DNA of 64,000 nt, from NCBI GenBank assembly GCA_964484775.1, contig CAZAGK010000005.1, positions 7,396 to 71,395 of the forward strand, written 5' to 3'. Below, in pieces: positions 28,809 through 38,977 of this stretch (position 1 is the first letter of the stretch; each line of letters starts with the position of its first letter). The position numbers and the translations under genes were made by a program. The DNA comes from an uncultured Gemmatimonas sp. GTDB taxonomy: Bacteria > Gemmatimonadota > Gemmatimonadetes > Gemmatimonadales > Gemmatimonadaceae. The notes beneath the pieces were generated by a model that was not told the DNA's origin, did not search any database, and saw nothing but the letters and a program-made list of their open reading frames with translations.

Positions 28809-30629
28809 ATGGCCGCTGCCCCGTCCGCCGCTCCCCTCTCCCGGACGATCGACGTCGAGACACCCGAACTGACCGTCGTCACCTACACGGTGGCCGGGGT
28901 CGGTGCGCGTGCCTACGCGGCGGTGATCGACTTCGTCCTGGTGAACGTCCTGCTGATCGGGCTGATGGCGCTGATCGCGGCGTTCGTGCCGGCGGTGGGG
29001 CGTCGCGGGACGGTGACGGCCTCGATCGCCTGGGCGTTCTCGATCTTCTTCATCGGGCAGTTCGCGCTCACGTGGGGCTACTACGTGCTCCTCGAGGCGC
29101 TGAACGACGGGCAGACGATCGGCAAACGCATGATGCGGCTCCGCGTCGTGCGCGATGGCGGCCTCTCCGTGACCTTCTCGGCATCGGCGACGCGCAACTT
29201 CATGCGCATCGTCGATTCCCAGCCGGCGATCTTCTATCTCGTGGGAATGATCAGCGCCCTGGTCAGCCGCTCGGGGAAGCGCGTCGGCGACATCGCGGCG
29301 GGCACCTTGGTGGTGCAGGAGGAATCCGGGCTGCGTGCCGGTCGCAGGGTCGCCGCCACCGCCGACGCGGACCGCGGCCCGACCCGCGCCGCCCTGCACA
29401 CGACGTTGACCGACGAGGAGTTCCAACTCCTCGATCAGTTCATGGCGCGCCGGATGGCGCTCGAAGCGGCGCGGCGCAGCGAGTTCGCCGAACGGTTCGC
29501 CATCCGATTCGCCAAGGCGCTCGAGAACAGCGCCGAAGGCACGGCGATGGTGCGCCTCGCACGCCTGCACGAGGCGGAGCGCGGCGCGCGCGCGCAGGGG
29601 GTGGCCGGAAAGTCCGGCACGGGCGCCGCGCGGGAACGCCATGCGATCATCGCCTCGGGAACGCCCCGCTGGCAGAGCTTCGCCGCCACCCTCGCGAAGG
29701 CGCAGCGCGGCGGACTCGCCTCGCTCGGAGAGGACGGGATGCGGGAGTTCCTCCGCGACTACCGGATCCTCACCGGCGATCTGGCACGCCTCCGGACCGC
29801 CGTGAAGGGCGCGGACGCGGCCGAACTGTTCCAACTGAACCGTCTGGTCGCCACCGCGCACAACCTGCTGTACCGGCGCCGGACGATCCCGCTCGCGACG
29901 ATCGTGCAGTGGTTCTTCGCCGATGTCCCGCGGGAGATCCGGGCGTCCGCGATGCCGATCCTGCTCGCCGCCGCGTGCCTGTTCGTCCCGGCGGCCATCG
30001 TCGGCGTGCAGGTCGTACGCCATCCGGAGAGCGCGACGGCGTTCGTCGCGCCGGGGATGTTCGATCGCGCCGAGGATGGTGTGAAGCGTGCCAAGTCCGG
30101 GGACGGCTACATCCCCGACCCCGGGCTCTTCCGTCCGACGATGGCCTCACAGATCATCGCCAACAACGTGCAGGTCGCCATCGCCGCCTTCGCCTACGGC
30201 ATGACGGGCGGACTCCTCAGCCTGTACGTGCTGGTGTCCAACGGCATCAGCCTCGGCGCGGTCTTCGGCCTCTACGCGACGAAGGGGATCGCCCTCCTGC
30301 TGCTCGCCTTCGTGGCGCCGCACGGCGTCCTCGAACTCAGCGCGATCGCGATCGCGGGCGGTGGCGGGTTCCTCCTCGGCGCCGCGCTGCTGATCCCTGG
30401 GGCGCGGACCCGCCGTCGGGCCTTCGCCGAGAACGGGGCGCGAGCCCTGCGTCTGCTCGGCGGCGCGACCCTGCTCCTCCTCGTCGCCGGCACGATCGAA
30501 GGGTTCATCTCGCCGATCCCGTACTGGCCGCTGAGTCTCAAACTCTGCGTCTCGGGTGCCACGGCGGTGTTGTTGTACCTCTATCTCCGCCTCGCGAGCG
30601 ACCCGGTCAGACCGCCCCGCGCGCCTTGA
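28809..30629 (+). CDS. RDD-domain / SpoIIM-like (stage II sporulation protein M family) fusion membrane protein
   Basis: The N-terminal part looks like an RDD domain (YAAVIDFVLVNVLLIG ... GQTIGKRMMRLRVVRDGG ... RVGDIAAGTLVV). A soluble middle region of about 200 aa follows. The C-terminal part is SpoIIM-like (IIANNVQVAIAAFAYGMTGGLLSLYVLVSNGISLGAVFG ... PHGVLELSAIAIAGGGGFLLG). ATG 28809 is preferred over GTG 28758. Confidence 0.7.
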   Translation: MAAAPSAAPLSRTIDVETPELTVVTYTVAGVGARAYAAVIDFVLVNVLLIGLMALIAAFVPAVGRRGTVTASIAWAFSIFFIGQFALTWGYYVLLEALNDGQTIGKRMMRLRVVRDGGLSVTFSASATRNFMRIVDSQPAIFYLVGMISALVSRSGKRVGDIAAGTLVVQEESGLRAGRRVAATADADRGPTRAALHTTLTDEEFQLLDQFMARRMALEAARRSEFAERFAIRFAKALENSAEGTAMVRLARLHEAERGARAQGVAGKSGTGAARERHAIIASGTPRWQSFAATLAKAQRGGLASLGEDGMREFLRDYRILTGDLARLRTAVKGADAAELFQLNRLVATAHNLLYRRRTIPLATIVQWFFADVPREIRASAMPILLAAACLFVPAAIVGVQVVRHPESATAFVAPGMFDRAEDGVKRAKSGDGYIPDPGLFRPTMASQIIANNVQVAIAAFAYGMTGGLLSLYVLVSNGISLGAVFGLYATKGIALLLLAFVAPHGVLELSAIAIAGGGGFLLGAALLIPGARTRRRAFAENGARALRLLGGATLLLLVAGTIEGFISPIPYWPLSLKLCVSGATAVLLYLYLRLASDPVRPPRAP

Positions 30630-31967
30630 GCTCGAGATAGCGATTCACGACCGCCGCGGTCATCTGCTTCGGCGAGACGTCGATCACCACGGCCCCGGTA
30701 CGGCGCATCCGTTCCAGCGCCTCCTCGCGCCCCTGGATCAACTCCTCGGCCGCGGCCGCCTCGAAGGCCAGCGCGGTGCTCCCGTCCACGCGAGGCTGCG
30801 CCGCGGCGCTGATCTCGTCGTTGCGCAGCGCGACCACCAGGACCAGATGCCGCTGCGCGCCGCGGGAGACATGCGCGATCAGCGCCTGCGACGCACGGGT
30901 GTCCAGCACGTCCGTGAACAGCACGACGAGGGCGCGTTTGCGCTGATGCGCAGCGAGGAAGCGGAAGGCGGTCGCGTAGTCGGGCTCGCGCGAGGACGCC
31001 TGGACGGGGGTCAGCACATCACGCACCGCCTGCAGCGCGCCGCGACTGCGGTCCGCGGGCACGAAGCCGCGGATCTCATCGTCGAAGACCAACGTCCCCA
31101 CGCGATCGCCGGCGTTCACCGCGATGTCGGTGAGGACCAGCGCCGCACTCAACGCCTGTTCGAAGCGCGTGAACCGACCGGCGAGCTGGGTCATCGAGCG
31201 CCCTGCGTCGATCAGCGTGAACACGGACTGCGAGCGCTCGACCGTGAACTCGCGCACGATGAACTTGGCCCGCTTCGCCGTCGCCTTCCAGTCGATGGTT
31301 CTGGGATCGTCGCCCGCCGCATACTCGCGCAGTCCGGCGAAACCGCGCCCTTCCCCCTTCCGCCGCAGCTGGCGCACGCCGACGGTCTCGAGCCTGTGCT
31401 GCATCGCGAGCAGTCGGAAGCGCCGGACGCCACTGACCGACGGCACCACGCGCACGGCGTCGTCGGGCTCGACGAGCATCCGCACGCCCACGAGCCCGAG
31501 CTTCGTCGTCGCCCGCACCCCGATGGGGCCGAGCCCCGCGCCTCCGCGGGCGACGCCGGTGACGGCGAAGCCGAAGTCGCGGCTCCCGAGCCCGGGGACC
31601 ACCTGTGGCTCGCTGCCGCTCTCACGCTCGAGCTGGACCGGCAGGAGATCGGTGAGCGTGACCAGCAACGGACGCGCGGTGAAGTTCGTGACGACGTACT
31701 TCGCCTCGACGCGATCACCGACACCGATCGATCCCGGGACCTCGCGGACGATACCCAGTCCCGCCCGCGACGGAAGGGTGAAGAGTTCCATGGCGACCGC
31801 GAGGATCACGACGAGCGTCGCGACGCCACCGGCCCAGAGTCCCGGCGCATCGGGGAGGAGCCACGGCAACGCGGCGATCGCCACGACTCCGGCCAGCCGC
31901 CGCTGCGGCACGAAGCGCAGCAGCGGTCGGCGCTCGGAGCGCCAGGCACGGAGGCGGTCGCTCAGCG

Positions 31968-31971
<4 letters not shown>
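30607..31971 (-). CDS. DUF58 (vWA-like) protein, MoxR partner
   Basis: Two N-terminal TM helices. Signature REYAAGDDPRTIDWKATAKRAKFIVREF, then LIDAGRSM (MIDAS-like). GTG 31971 overlaps the MoxR stop (GTGA). Confidence 0.8.
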
Positions 31972-32927
<956 letters not shown>

Positions 32928-32928
32928 G

Positions 32929-34164
32929 TCAGCTCTGGGTGAGTGAGTCTTCGATACGTTGGACCGCCTGCGCGACATTCGCCAGCTCGCGGGAGGGGAT
33001 CTTCTCCTTCAGCGCACGTTCGAGCAGCGCGACATCGGCGGCGCGCGCCGGGATGTTCGTCGCGACCCGGGTCAGGAACTCGGCGTCCGAGCGCGATTCG
33101 CGGCGGGCGCTGCCGGCGCGCTGGGTGCGTCGTCGCAGCCCGCGGACCAGGCGGGCGGTCGCGGTCCGCGTCCCCGTCACCTGCGCGTATGCGCGCGCCA
33201 GCGCGTCCACCTGCTCGAGCGGTGACCGCCGCTCCACGACGCTGTCGTCGCGCGGCGGCACCTCTCGAGGCATCGCCGAGACGAGCAACACCAGCCCCGC
33301 CACCACGATAACCAGCACCGTCCGCCCGACCGGCGTACGGAGGAGGATCGCGCCGAAGCCCGCGAGCACGTTCGGGCGCTCCCCGTAGCCCTGGTGGTAT
33401 TCATCCACGAGCAGATGCGAGCGGATCGACCCGTCGTCACCGTGCGACAGATAGCCGAGCACCGATGCCGCCGCGACATCGAGCCCGAAGTTGCAGATGC
33501 GGATCGCGTCGTTGCGCAGCATGTCGGGGTCGCTCATCACGACGACCCGCCCCTGGCCATAGCGGAAGCCCACGATGAATCGCGTCCGCGCGGTGTCCGG
33601 CGCGAGCGCGCCGTCGAGCCGGACCACCTCACCCGGCGGCGGCCCGTCGAAGACGACTCCATAGAGATGGGCCTGACCATCACCCCAGAGCGATTGATCG
33701 ACCAGCGGGCGACGCTTGGCGCAGCTCCGCACCACAGCGGAGTCCGGGCTGACGGTGGCTCCCGGCTCCTTGATCGCGATGTTGAGCGAATCCGCGAGCG
33801 ACGCCGCCAGACCGTCGAGCACGAGGAGCAGCCCGCTCCCGGCGCGCACCGATTGGAGCAGGGCGTGGGCCTCGTCCTTCCGGAGGCCGACCGAGGGCGA
33901 GAGCACCGCGTGCACGGTGCGCGCGTCGCCGGAGAGCTCGGCGCGATTCCGGCTCTCCACCCGCCACCCCGCGGCCCGCGCGAACTCCCCGAACATCTTG
34001 GCGCCCTGCGGTCCCCGGTTGTTGATCGAGAGGCGGGGATCGCCCGCACGCCCCGCGACGAACTCGGGGGTCGTGATCGCCACGAGGAAGGTCAGCACGG
34101 CGACGATCGGGAGCACCACACCCGGGCGCACGTACCACGGCCGCTGCGGTGAGGCGTCGGTCAC
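32929..34164 (-). CDS. Membrane-anchored DUF4350-like protein
   Basis: An N-terminal TM helix (VLPIVAVLTFLVAITTP), a soluble domain, a second TM helix (VLVIVVAGLVLLVSA) and a C-terminal tail. Its position immediately upstream of moxR matches the DUF4350 neighbourhood as I recall it. GTG 34164 overlaps the upstream stop (GTGA). Confidence 0.55.
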   Translation of the reverse strand: MTDASPQRPWYVRPGVVLPIVAVLTFLVAITTPEFVAGRAGDPRLSINNRGPQGAKMFGEFARAAGWRVESRNRAELSGDARTVHAVLSPSVGLRKDEAHALLQSVRAGSGLLLVLDGLAASLADSLNIAIKEPGATVSPDSAVVRSCAKRRPLVDQSLWGDGQAHLYGVVFDGPPPGEVVRLDGALAPDTARTRFIVGFRYGQGRVVVMSDPDMLRNDAIRICNFGLDVAAASVLGYLSHGDDGSIRSHLLVDEYHQGYGERPNVLAGFGAILLRTPVGRTVLVIVVAGLVLLVSAMPREVPPRDDSVVERRSPLEQVDALARAYAQVTGTRTATARLVRGLRRRTQRAGSARRESRSDAEFLTRVATNIPARAADVALLERALKEKIPSRELANVAQAVQRIEDSLTQS

Positions 34165-34775
34165 GCCGCCCTCCGTTGCGGTGCGGCGATCAACGTGCGG
34201 GCATCCTCGAGCAATGCGGCGTATCCCTCGGCGTCGCAGCTCCGGTCGCCGTAGATGATGCGATCATATCGCGCGCGGAAGCGGGCGAATCCCCCGACGC
34301 TCGGCGCGCTGCGTCGTCTCAGCTCGCGCAGGTAGTCGCCGGTCGTCTTGGAACTGTGGATCCGCAGCTCGCCGCGTGCGGCACAGGCCATCAGCAGCGC
34401 CGCGAACAGCGCGTGCGCCGCCTCGGTGTAGGAGCCCGTAGACGACAGCCGCTCCGCGTCCCCCCACGGATCGACGGAGGTGCTCCGGTGCGCGGGGAGT
34501 CCGCGTTTCCGGCGTTCCCCTTCGCGGATACCGATCACGATCCGGGCGATCAGCAACAGCACGAGCAACGCGACGAGACTCCAGAGCACCACGCGAGCGG
34601 TCTCGCTGCCGCGGAAGAGCTCCATGAAGGCGTTGTACCACCGCGAGAACAGCTGCATCGCGCGCTGCAGGAGCGACTCGCCGAGCCCTCGCCGGAACTC
34701 CGGGCGCTGGCTGATGGCCGCGATCGTGTCGTGCACCGCGCGCGCCGGCCATGTCGAGGGGTCCTGCGGGAGCAC
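34161..34775 (-). CDS. DUF4129-like membrane protein
   Basis: One TM helix (VVLWSLVALLVLLLIARIVIGI) is followed by a helical C-terminal domain (YTEAAHALFAALLMA ... TTGDYLREL ... RARYDRIIYG), which is typical of DUF4129 as I recall it. Confidence 0.5.
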   Translation of the reverse strand: MLPQDPSTWPARAVHDTIAAISQRPEFRRGLGESLLQRAMQLFSRWYNAFMELFRGSETARVVLWSLVALLVLLLIARIVIGIREGERRKRGLPAHRSTSVDPWGDAERLSSTGSYTEAAHALFAALLMACAARGELRIHSSKTTGDYLRELRRRSAPSVGGFARFRARYDRIIYGDRSCDAEGYAALLEDARTLIAAPQRRAA

Positions 34776-34777
34776 GA

Positions 34778-35545
34778 TCAGGGCGTGGAACCGCTGGCGG
34801 GTGGGAGCGCCGCATCCAGGGAGGCCGCCAGATGCTCCAGGTCGAAGCCCTCGCCCCGGATCCGGAGATCGTAGTAGAGCACCGCGATCGACAGGTAGAG
34901 CACGGGCCGCACGAGCACCGAGATGAGACTCGTCACCACGAGCTGGAGCGCCACGCCCGGCAGCAGCTGCGCGGCGATCACCGCACCGGTGCTCGCGACC
35001 AGCACCATGAAATACGCGAGCGCCATCGTCGCCAGCACGTGTCGCTTGAGCCCCCGCGTCAGGTCGGACGAACGGTTGAACGCCGCCACGACCCCCTTCC
35101 CCTCGATGACGATCACCGGCACTGTGGCGAAATAGCGCGTGAACAGGTACACCCCCGGGAACACCAGGAACACGAGTCCGAACACGCAGATCACATAGAG
35201 CAGCAGCCCCGCGATCAGCACCTGAAGCAATCGCGGCGCGACGCGGCGCACCACCGCGGCAGCGTCCACCGACTGTCCGAGATAGCCGTCGGACCCCGCG
35301 GCCGTGAGCAAGGAGGCGCCCAACAGCCAGGAGATCGTCGGAGCGACGATCATCAGGACGATGTTCCGATCGAAGCGCAGGATGTCTTCGGGCGTCGGCG
35401 CCTTCGCCACTAGCTGGTACGCCAGCGTGGGGATCAGGGCGATCGCCGAAAGGACGAGGTACTGTCCGGCATCACGTCGGAACAGCACGAACACCGCATC
35501 GACGATCTCGGACGTCGTGCGGGCGCGCAACGTCGATTCGCTCAC
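34778..35545 (-). CDS. Polytopic membrane protein (GDPD-membrane-domain / DUF975-like)
   Basis: GTG 35545 (VSESTLRARTTSEIVDAVFVLFRRDAGQYLVLSAIALIP). About 5-6 TM helices. The stop lies 2 nt before the next gene. The family assignment is tentative. Confidence 0.5.
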   Translation of the reverse strand: MSESTLRARTTSEIVDAVFVLFRRDAGQYLVLSAIALIPTLAYQLVAKAPTPEDILRFDRNIVLMIVAPTISWLLGASLLTAAGSDGYLGQSVDAAAVVRRVAPRLLQVLIAGLLLYVICVFGLVFLVFPGVYLFTRYFATVPVIVIEGKGVVAAFNRSSDLTRGLKRHVLATMALAYFMVLVASTGAVIAAQLLPGVALQLVVTSLISVLVRPVLYLSIAVLYYDLRIRGEGFDLEHLAASLDAALPPASGSTP

Positions 35546-35767
35546 TCTGGGCTCCGGCGCTGTGGTCGGTCGCGCGCCCCGTATCGGGGCACGAGGGTCG
35601 ATGGAACTTCGCCACGCGCGGCGCTCAGGGCTAGTGTGGCGCGATTCCGCTTGCGGCCCCCACGTTCCACCCCCAGCTTCCACCCGCCAGCGCCCTGCAC
35701 CCCAGAACGTCGGGAGGGGGCCCCGCGTCTATATGCCAGTGCCCTCGTCCACATCTTCCCTGGTGCC

Positions 35768-38233
35768 ATGAAGAGCAGAAAGAAGGGTTCCGCGCACGAA
35801 GCGAGCGCCGAAGCTCCGCGATTCCTCCCCCTCCTGATCCTCCTGTTCATCGGGAGCGGTTGCGCCGCCCTCATCTACGAGATCGTCTGGTACCAGGAGC
35901 TGTCGCTCATCGTCGGCTCCTCCGCCATCTCCCTGGGAGCGGTCCTCGGGACCTTCATGGGCGGGATGTGCCTGGGCAGCCTGCTCCTCCCCCGATTCGT
36001 GAAGACCGAGGAGCACCCGCTCAAGGTCTACGCCAAGCTCGAAGCGGGGATCGGGATCTGCGGCCTGCTCATCCTCTTCATCCTGCCGCATGCGGGCGGA
36101 CTCTACACGTCGATCGGCGGGCCCGGCATCACCGGCCTGCTCGTCCGTGGGCTCTTCTGCGCGCTCTTCCTGGCCGTCCCGACGATCCTCATGGGCGCCA
36201 CGCTCCCGGCGGTCGCTCGGTGGGTGGAGACGACCCCGGCCGGTGTGAGCTGGCTCGGCTTCTTCTACGGCGGCAACATCGCCGGCGCCGTCTTCGGTTG
36301 CCTCTTCACGGGCTTCTACCTGCTCCGTGTGTACGACGGCGCGACCGCGACGTACGTGGCGGCCGCGCTGAACGCGCTCGTCGCCTTCGTCGGCTGGGCG
36401 ATCGCCTCCGCCAACCCGCGCACCGTGACCCGCGCCGAGTCCGAGCGTGATGCAGCCGCGCCGCTCGTGCACTTCCCGGCCGGCAGCCTCCCCGTCTACA
36501 TCGCGATCGCGCTCTCCGGGGCCACGGCGCTCGCGGCGGAAGTCATCTGGACCCGTCTCCTCACCCTGCTCCTGGGCGGGACGACCTACACCTTCTCCAT
36601 GATCCTCGCCGCCGTGCTCGTCGGGCTGGGGATCGGGAGCAGCCTCGGTGCGGTCATCGCCCGCGGCACGGCGCGGCCGCGCGTCGCCCTCGCGATCACG
36701 CAGGGGCTGGTCGTGGTGGCCATCGCGTGGGCCGCCTACAGCGAGACGCAGACGCTGATGTACTGGCCGATCAACCCGCAGCTCGCGGTCTCCCCCTGGT
36801 TCCAGTTCCCGGTGGACTTCCTGCGCTGCCTCTGGGCGGTGCTGCCGGCGGCGGTGTTGTGGGGCGCCAGCTTTCCCCTCGCATTGGCCAGCGTGGCCGA
36901 GAAGGGGGATGATCCGGCGCGCCTCGTGGGCACCGTGTACGCCGCGAACACCGTGGGCGCGATCCTCGGTGCGCTCGTGGCCAGCCTCTGGATGATCGCC
37001 GCACTCGGCACGCAGCACTCACAGCAGGTGCTGATGGCGATGGCGGCGATCGCGTCGCTCGTCATGATCCTCACCGCTCGGCGCGAGGAGGGCGCTGGAC
37101 TCTCGCTCGGGGCGGGCAACGTGCTCGGCGCCGGCGTCGTGGTGGCGGCCGCGGTCTATCTCGCGCGGACGGTCATCCCGGTGCCCGCACTCCTCGTCGG
37201 CTACGGGCGGTACAGCGCGACGTACGTGAACGCGCACGGGGAGTGGCTCTTCGTTGGCGAAGGGATGAACTCCTCGATGGCCGTGTCGCAGCTCTCGAAC
37301 GGGGTCAAGAACTATCACAACGCGGGCAAGGTGCAGGCGTCGAGCGAGCCGCAGGACATGCGCCTGCAGCGCATGCTCGGGCATCTCACGACGTTGCTGG
37401 CGCGCGACCCCAAGAGCGTGATCAACATCGGCTGCGGGGCGGGCGTGACGGCGGGTGCCGTGAGCATCAGCCCGCTCGTGCAGAAGCTCACGATCGCCGA
37501 GATCGAGCCGCTCGTCCCGAAGGTGGTGAGCGAGCTCTTCGGCGAGCACAACTACAACGTGGTGAAGAATCCGAAGACGTACGTCCAGATCGACGACGCG
37601 CGCCACTTCCTGCTCACCACGAACGAGAAGTTCGATGCCATCACGAGCGATCCGTTCGACCCGTGGGTCAAGGGCGCGGCCTCGCTCTATTCGCGGGAGT
37701 TCTGGGAGGAGGCCAAGCGCCACCTGAACCCCGGCGGCGTGGTGACCGTGTTCGTGCAGCTCTACGAGAGCGGGACGCCGGCCGTGAAGAGCGAGATGGC
37801 GACCTTCTTCGAAGCCTTCCCCGACGCGATGGTCTTCGGCAACACCTACAATGGTCAGGGATACGACATGGTGCTCGTCGGCCAGCTCAAGCCCGAGCCG
37901 ATCAACGTCGATTCCGTGCAGGCGCGTCTCGACCGCCCCGAGTTCGCGATCGTGCGGCAGTCGCTGCGCGAGATCGGGATGAACTCGGCGATCGACCTGC
38001 TCTCGACCTTCGCGGGCCGTGCGCAGGACATGCAGGGCTACCTCGCGGATGCCGAGGTGAACCGCGACAAGAACCTGCGGCTGCAGTATCTCGCCGGACT
38101 CGGCGTCAATGCGTACGAGCAGGCCTCGATCTACCGCGATGTGCTCCGCAACGGTCGCTGGACCCCGGGACTCTTCGTGGGCGCGGACTCGACGATCGCC
38201 AAGCTCCGGGCCGCGAGAGACGCACGGCAATAG
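35768..38233 (+). CDS. Polytopic membrane protein fused to a spermidine synthase-like domain, paralog 2
   Basis: ATG 35768 (MKSRKKGS...). It is collinear with 332..2800: LILLFIGSGCAALIYEIVWYQ, VINIGCGAGVTAGA, DAITSDPFDPWVKGAASLYSREFW. By eye, identity over aligned N-terminal blocks is about 60-65%. Confidence 0.8.
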   Translation: MKSRKKGSAHEASAEAPRFLPLLILLFIGSGCAALIYEIVWYQELSLIVGSSAISLGAVLGTFMGGMCLGSLLLPRFVKTEEHPLKVYAKLEAGIGICGLLILFILPHAGGLYTSIGGPGITGLLVRGLFCALFLAVPTILMGATLPAVARWVETTPAGVSWLGFFYGGNIAGAVFGCLFTGFYLLRVYDGATATYVAAALNALVAFVGWAIASANPRTVTRAESERDAAAPLVHFPAGSLPVYIAIALSGATALAAEVIWTRLLTLLLGGTTYTFSMILAAVLVGLGIGSSLGAVIARGTARPRVALAITQGLVVVAIAWAAYSETQTLMYWPINPQLAVSPWFQFPVDFLRCLWAVLPAAVLWGASFPLALASVAEKGDDPARLVGTVYAANTVGAILGALVASLWMIAALGTQHSQQVLMAMAAIASLVMILTARREEGAGLSLGAGNVLGAGVVVAAAVYLARTVIPVPALLVGYGRYSATYVNAHGEWLFVGEGMNSSMAVSQLSNGVKNYHNAGKVQASSEPQDMRLQRMLGHLTTLLARDPKSVINIGCGAGVTAGAVSISPLVQKLTIAEIEPLVPKVVSELFGEHNYNVVKNPKTYVQIDDARHFLLTTNEKFDAITSDPFDPWVKGAASLYSREFWEEAKRHLNPGGVVTVFVQLYESGTPAVKSEMATFFEAFPDAMVFGNTYNGQGYDMVLVGQLKPEPINVDSVQARLDRPEFAIVRQSLREIGMNSAIDLLSTFAGRAQDMQGYLADAEVNRDKNLRLQYLAGLGVNAYEQASIYRDVLRNGRWTPGLFVGADSTIAKLRAARDARQ

Positions 38234-38343
38234 CGCCCGACGGTAACCTTGACGGCGGTGACGGGGAGCCCCACGTTTTCGGGGCTCCCCGTCCTCGTGT
38301 CCGAGGTCACCCGTCCCCCGCCTAGAACCCCCGGGAGGTCCAG

Positions 38344-38904
38344 ATGACAGGTCTGCATGCGCTCTGGTTGCCGATGGTGCTGTCCGCGGTCGCCGTGTTC
38401 GTCGCGAGTTCCGTGATCCACATGTTCAGCGGATTGCACAAGAACGACTTCGTCGCTCCGCCGAACCAGGACGGACTCGCCGATGCGATCCGCCCCTTCA
38501 ACCTCGCGCCGGGGGATTACATGATCCCGCGCCCATCGGACATGAAGGAGATGGGCTCTCCCGAGTTCAAGGAGAGATGCGAGCGGGGCCCGAAGCTGGT
38601 CTTCACCGTGCTGCCGAACGGGCTCCCGTCGATGGGGCCGACGCTGCTCAACTGGTTCATCTACACGCTCGTCATCTCGCTCTTCGCCGGCTACGTCGCC
38701 GCGCGCGCGCTGCCGGTCGGCGCGGACTATCTCCAGGTCTTCCGCTTCGCCGGTGTGACGGCATTCCTCGGCTACGCCGGCGCCCTCGCGCAGACCTCCA
38801 TCTGGTACGGCAAGTCGTGGGGCACGACGATCCGCAGCACGATCGACGGGCTGATCTACGCCCTCCTCACCGCCGGGCTGTACGGCTGGCTCTGGCCGCG
38901 CTGA
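38344..38904 (+). CDS. Small conserved membrane protein, unknown function
   Basis: 186 aa. An N-terminal TM helix, a soluble loop (RPFNLAPGDYMIPRPSDMKEMGSPEFKERCERGPK), then 3 further TM helices. Confidence 0.6.
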   Translation: MTGLHALWLPMVLSAVAVFVASSVIHMFSGLHKNDFVAPPNQDGLADAIRPFNLAPGDYMIPRPSDMKEMGSPEFKERCERGPKLVFTVLPNGLPSMGPTLLNWFIYTLVISLFAGYVAARALPVGADYLQVFRFAGVTAFLGYAGALAQTSIWYGKSWGTTIRSTIDGLIYALLTAGLYGWLWPR

Positions 38905-38926
38905 ATCACGGACGCGCCGGGAAATG

Positions 38927-38961
38927 AAGCGGCCCCCGCCGGGATCCGGCGGGGGCCGCTT
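38927..38961. terminator. Bidirectional terminator hairpin between convergent genes
   Basis: AAGCGGCCCCCGCCGG (38927-38942) pairs with CCGGCGGGGGCCGCTT (38946-38961), a 16-bp GC-rich stem with a very short loop. It is followed by CGTTCGT. Confidence 0.6.
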
Positions 38962-38977
38962 CGTTCGTCGGTGATCC

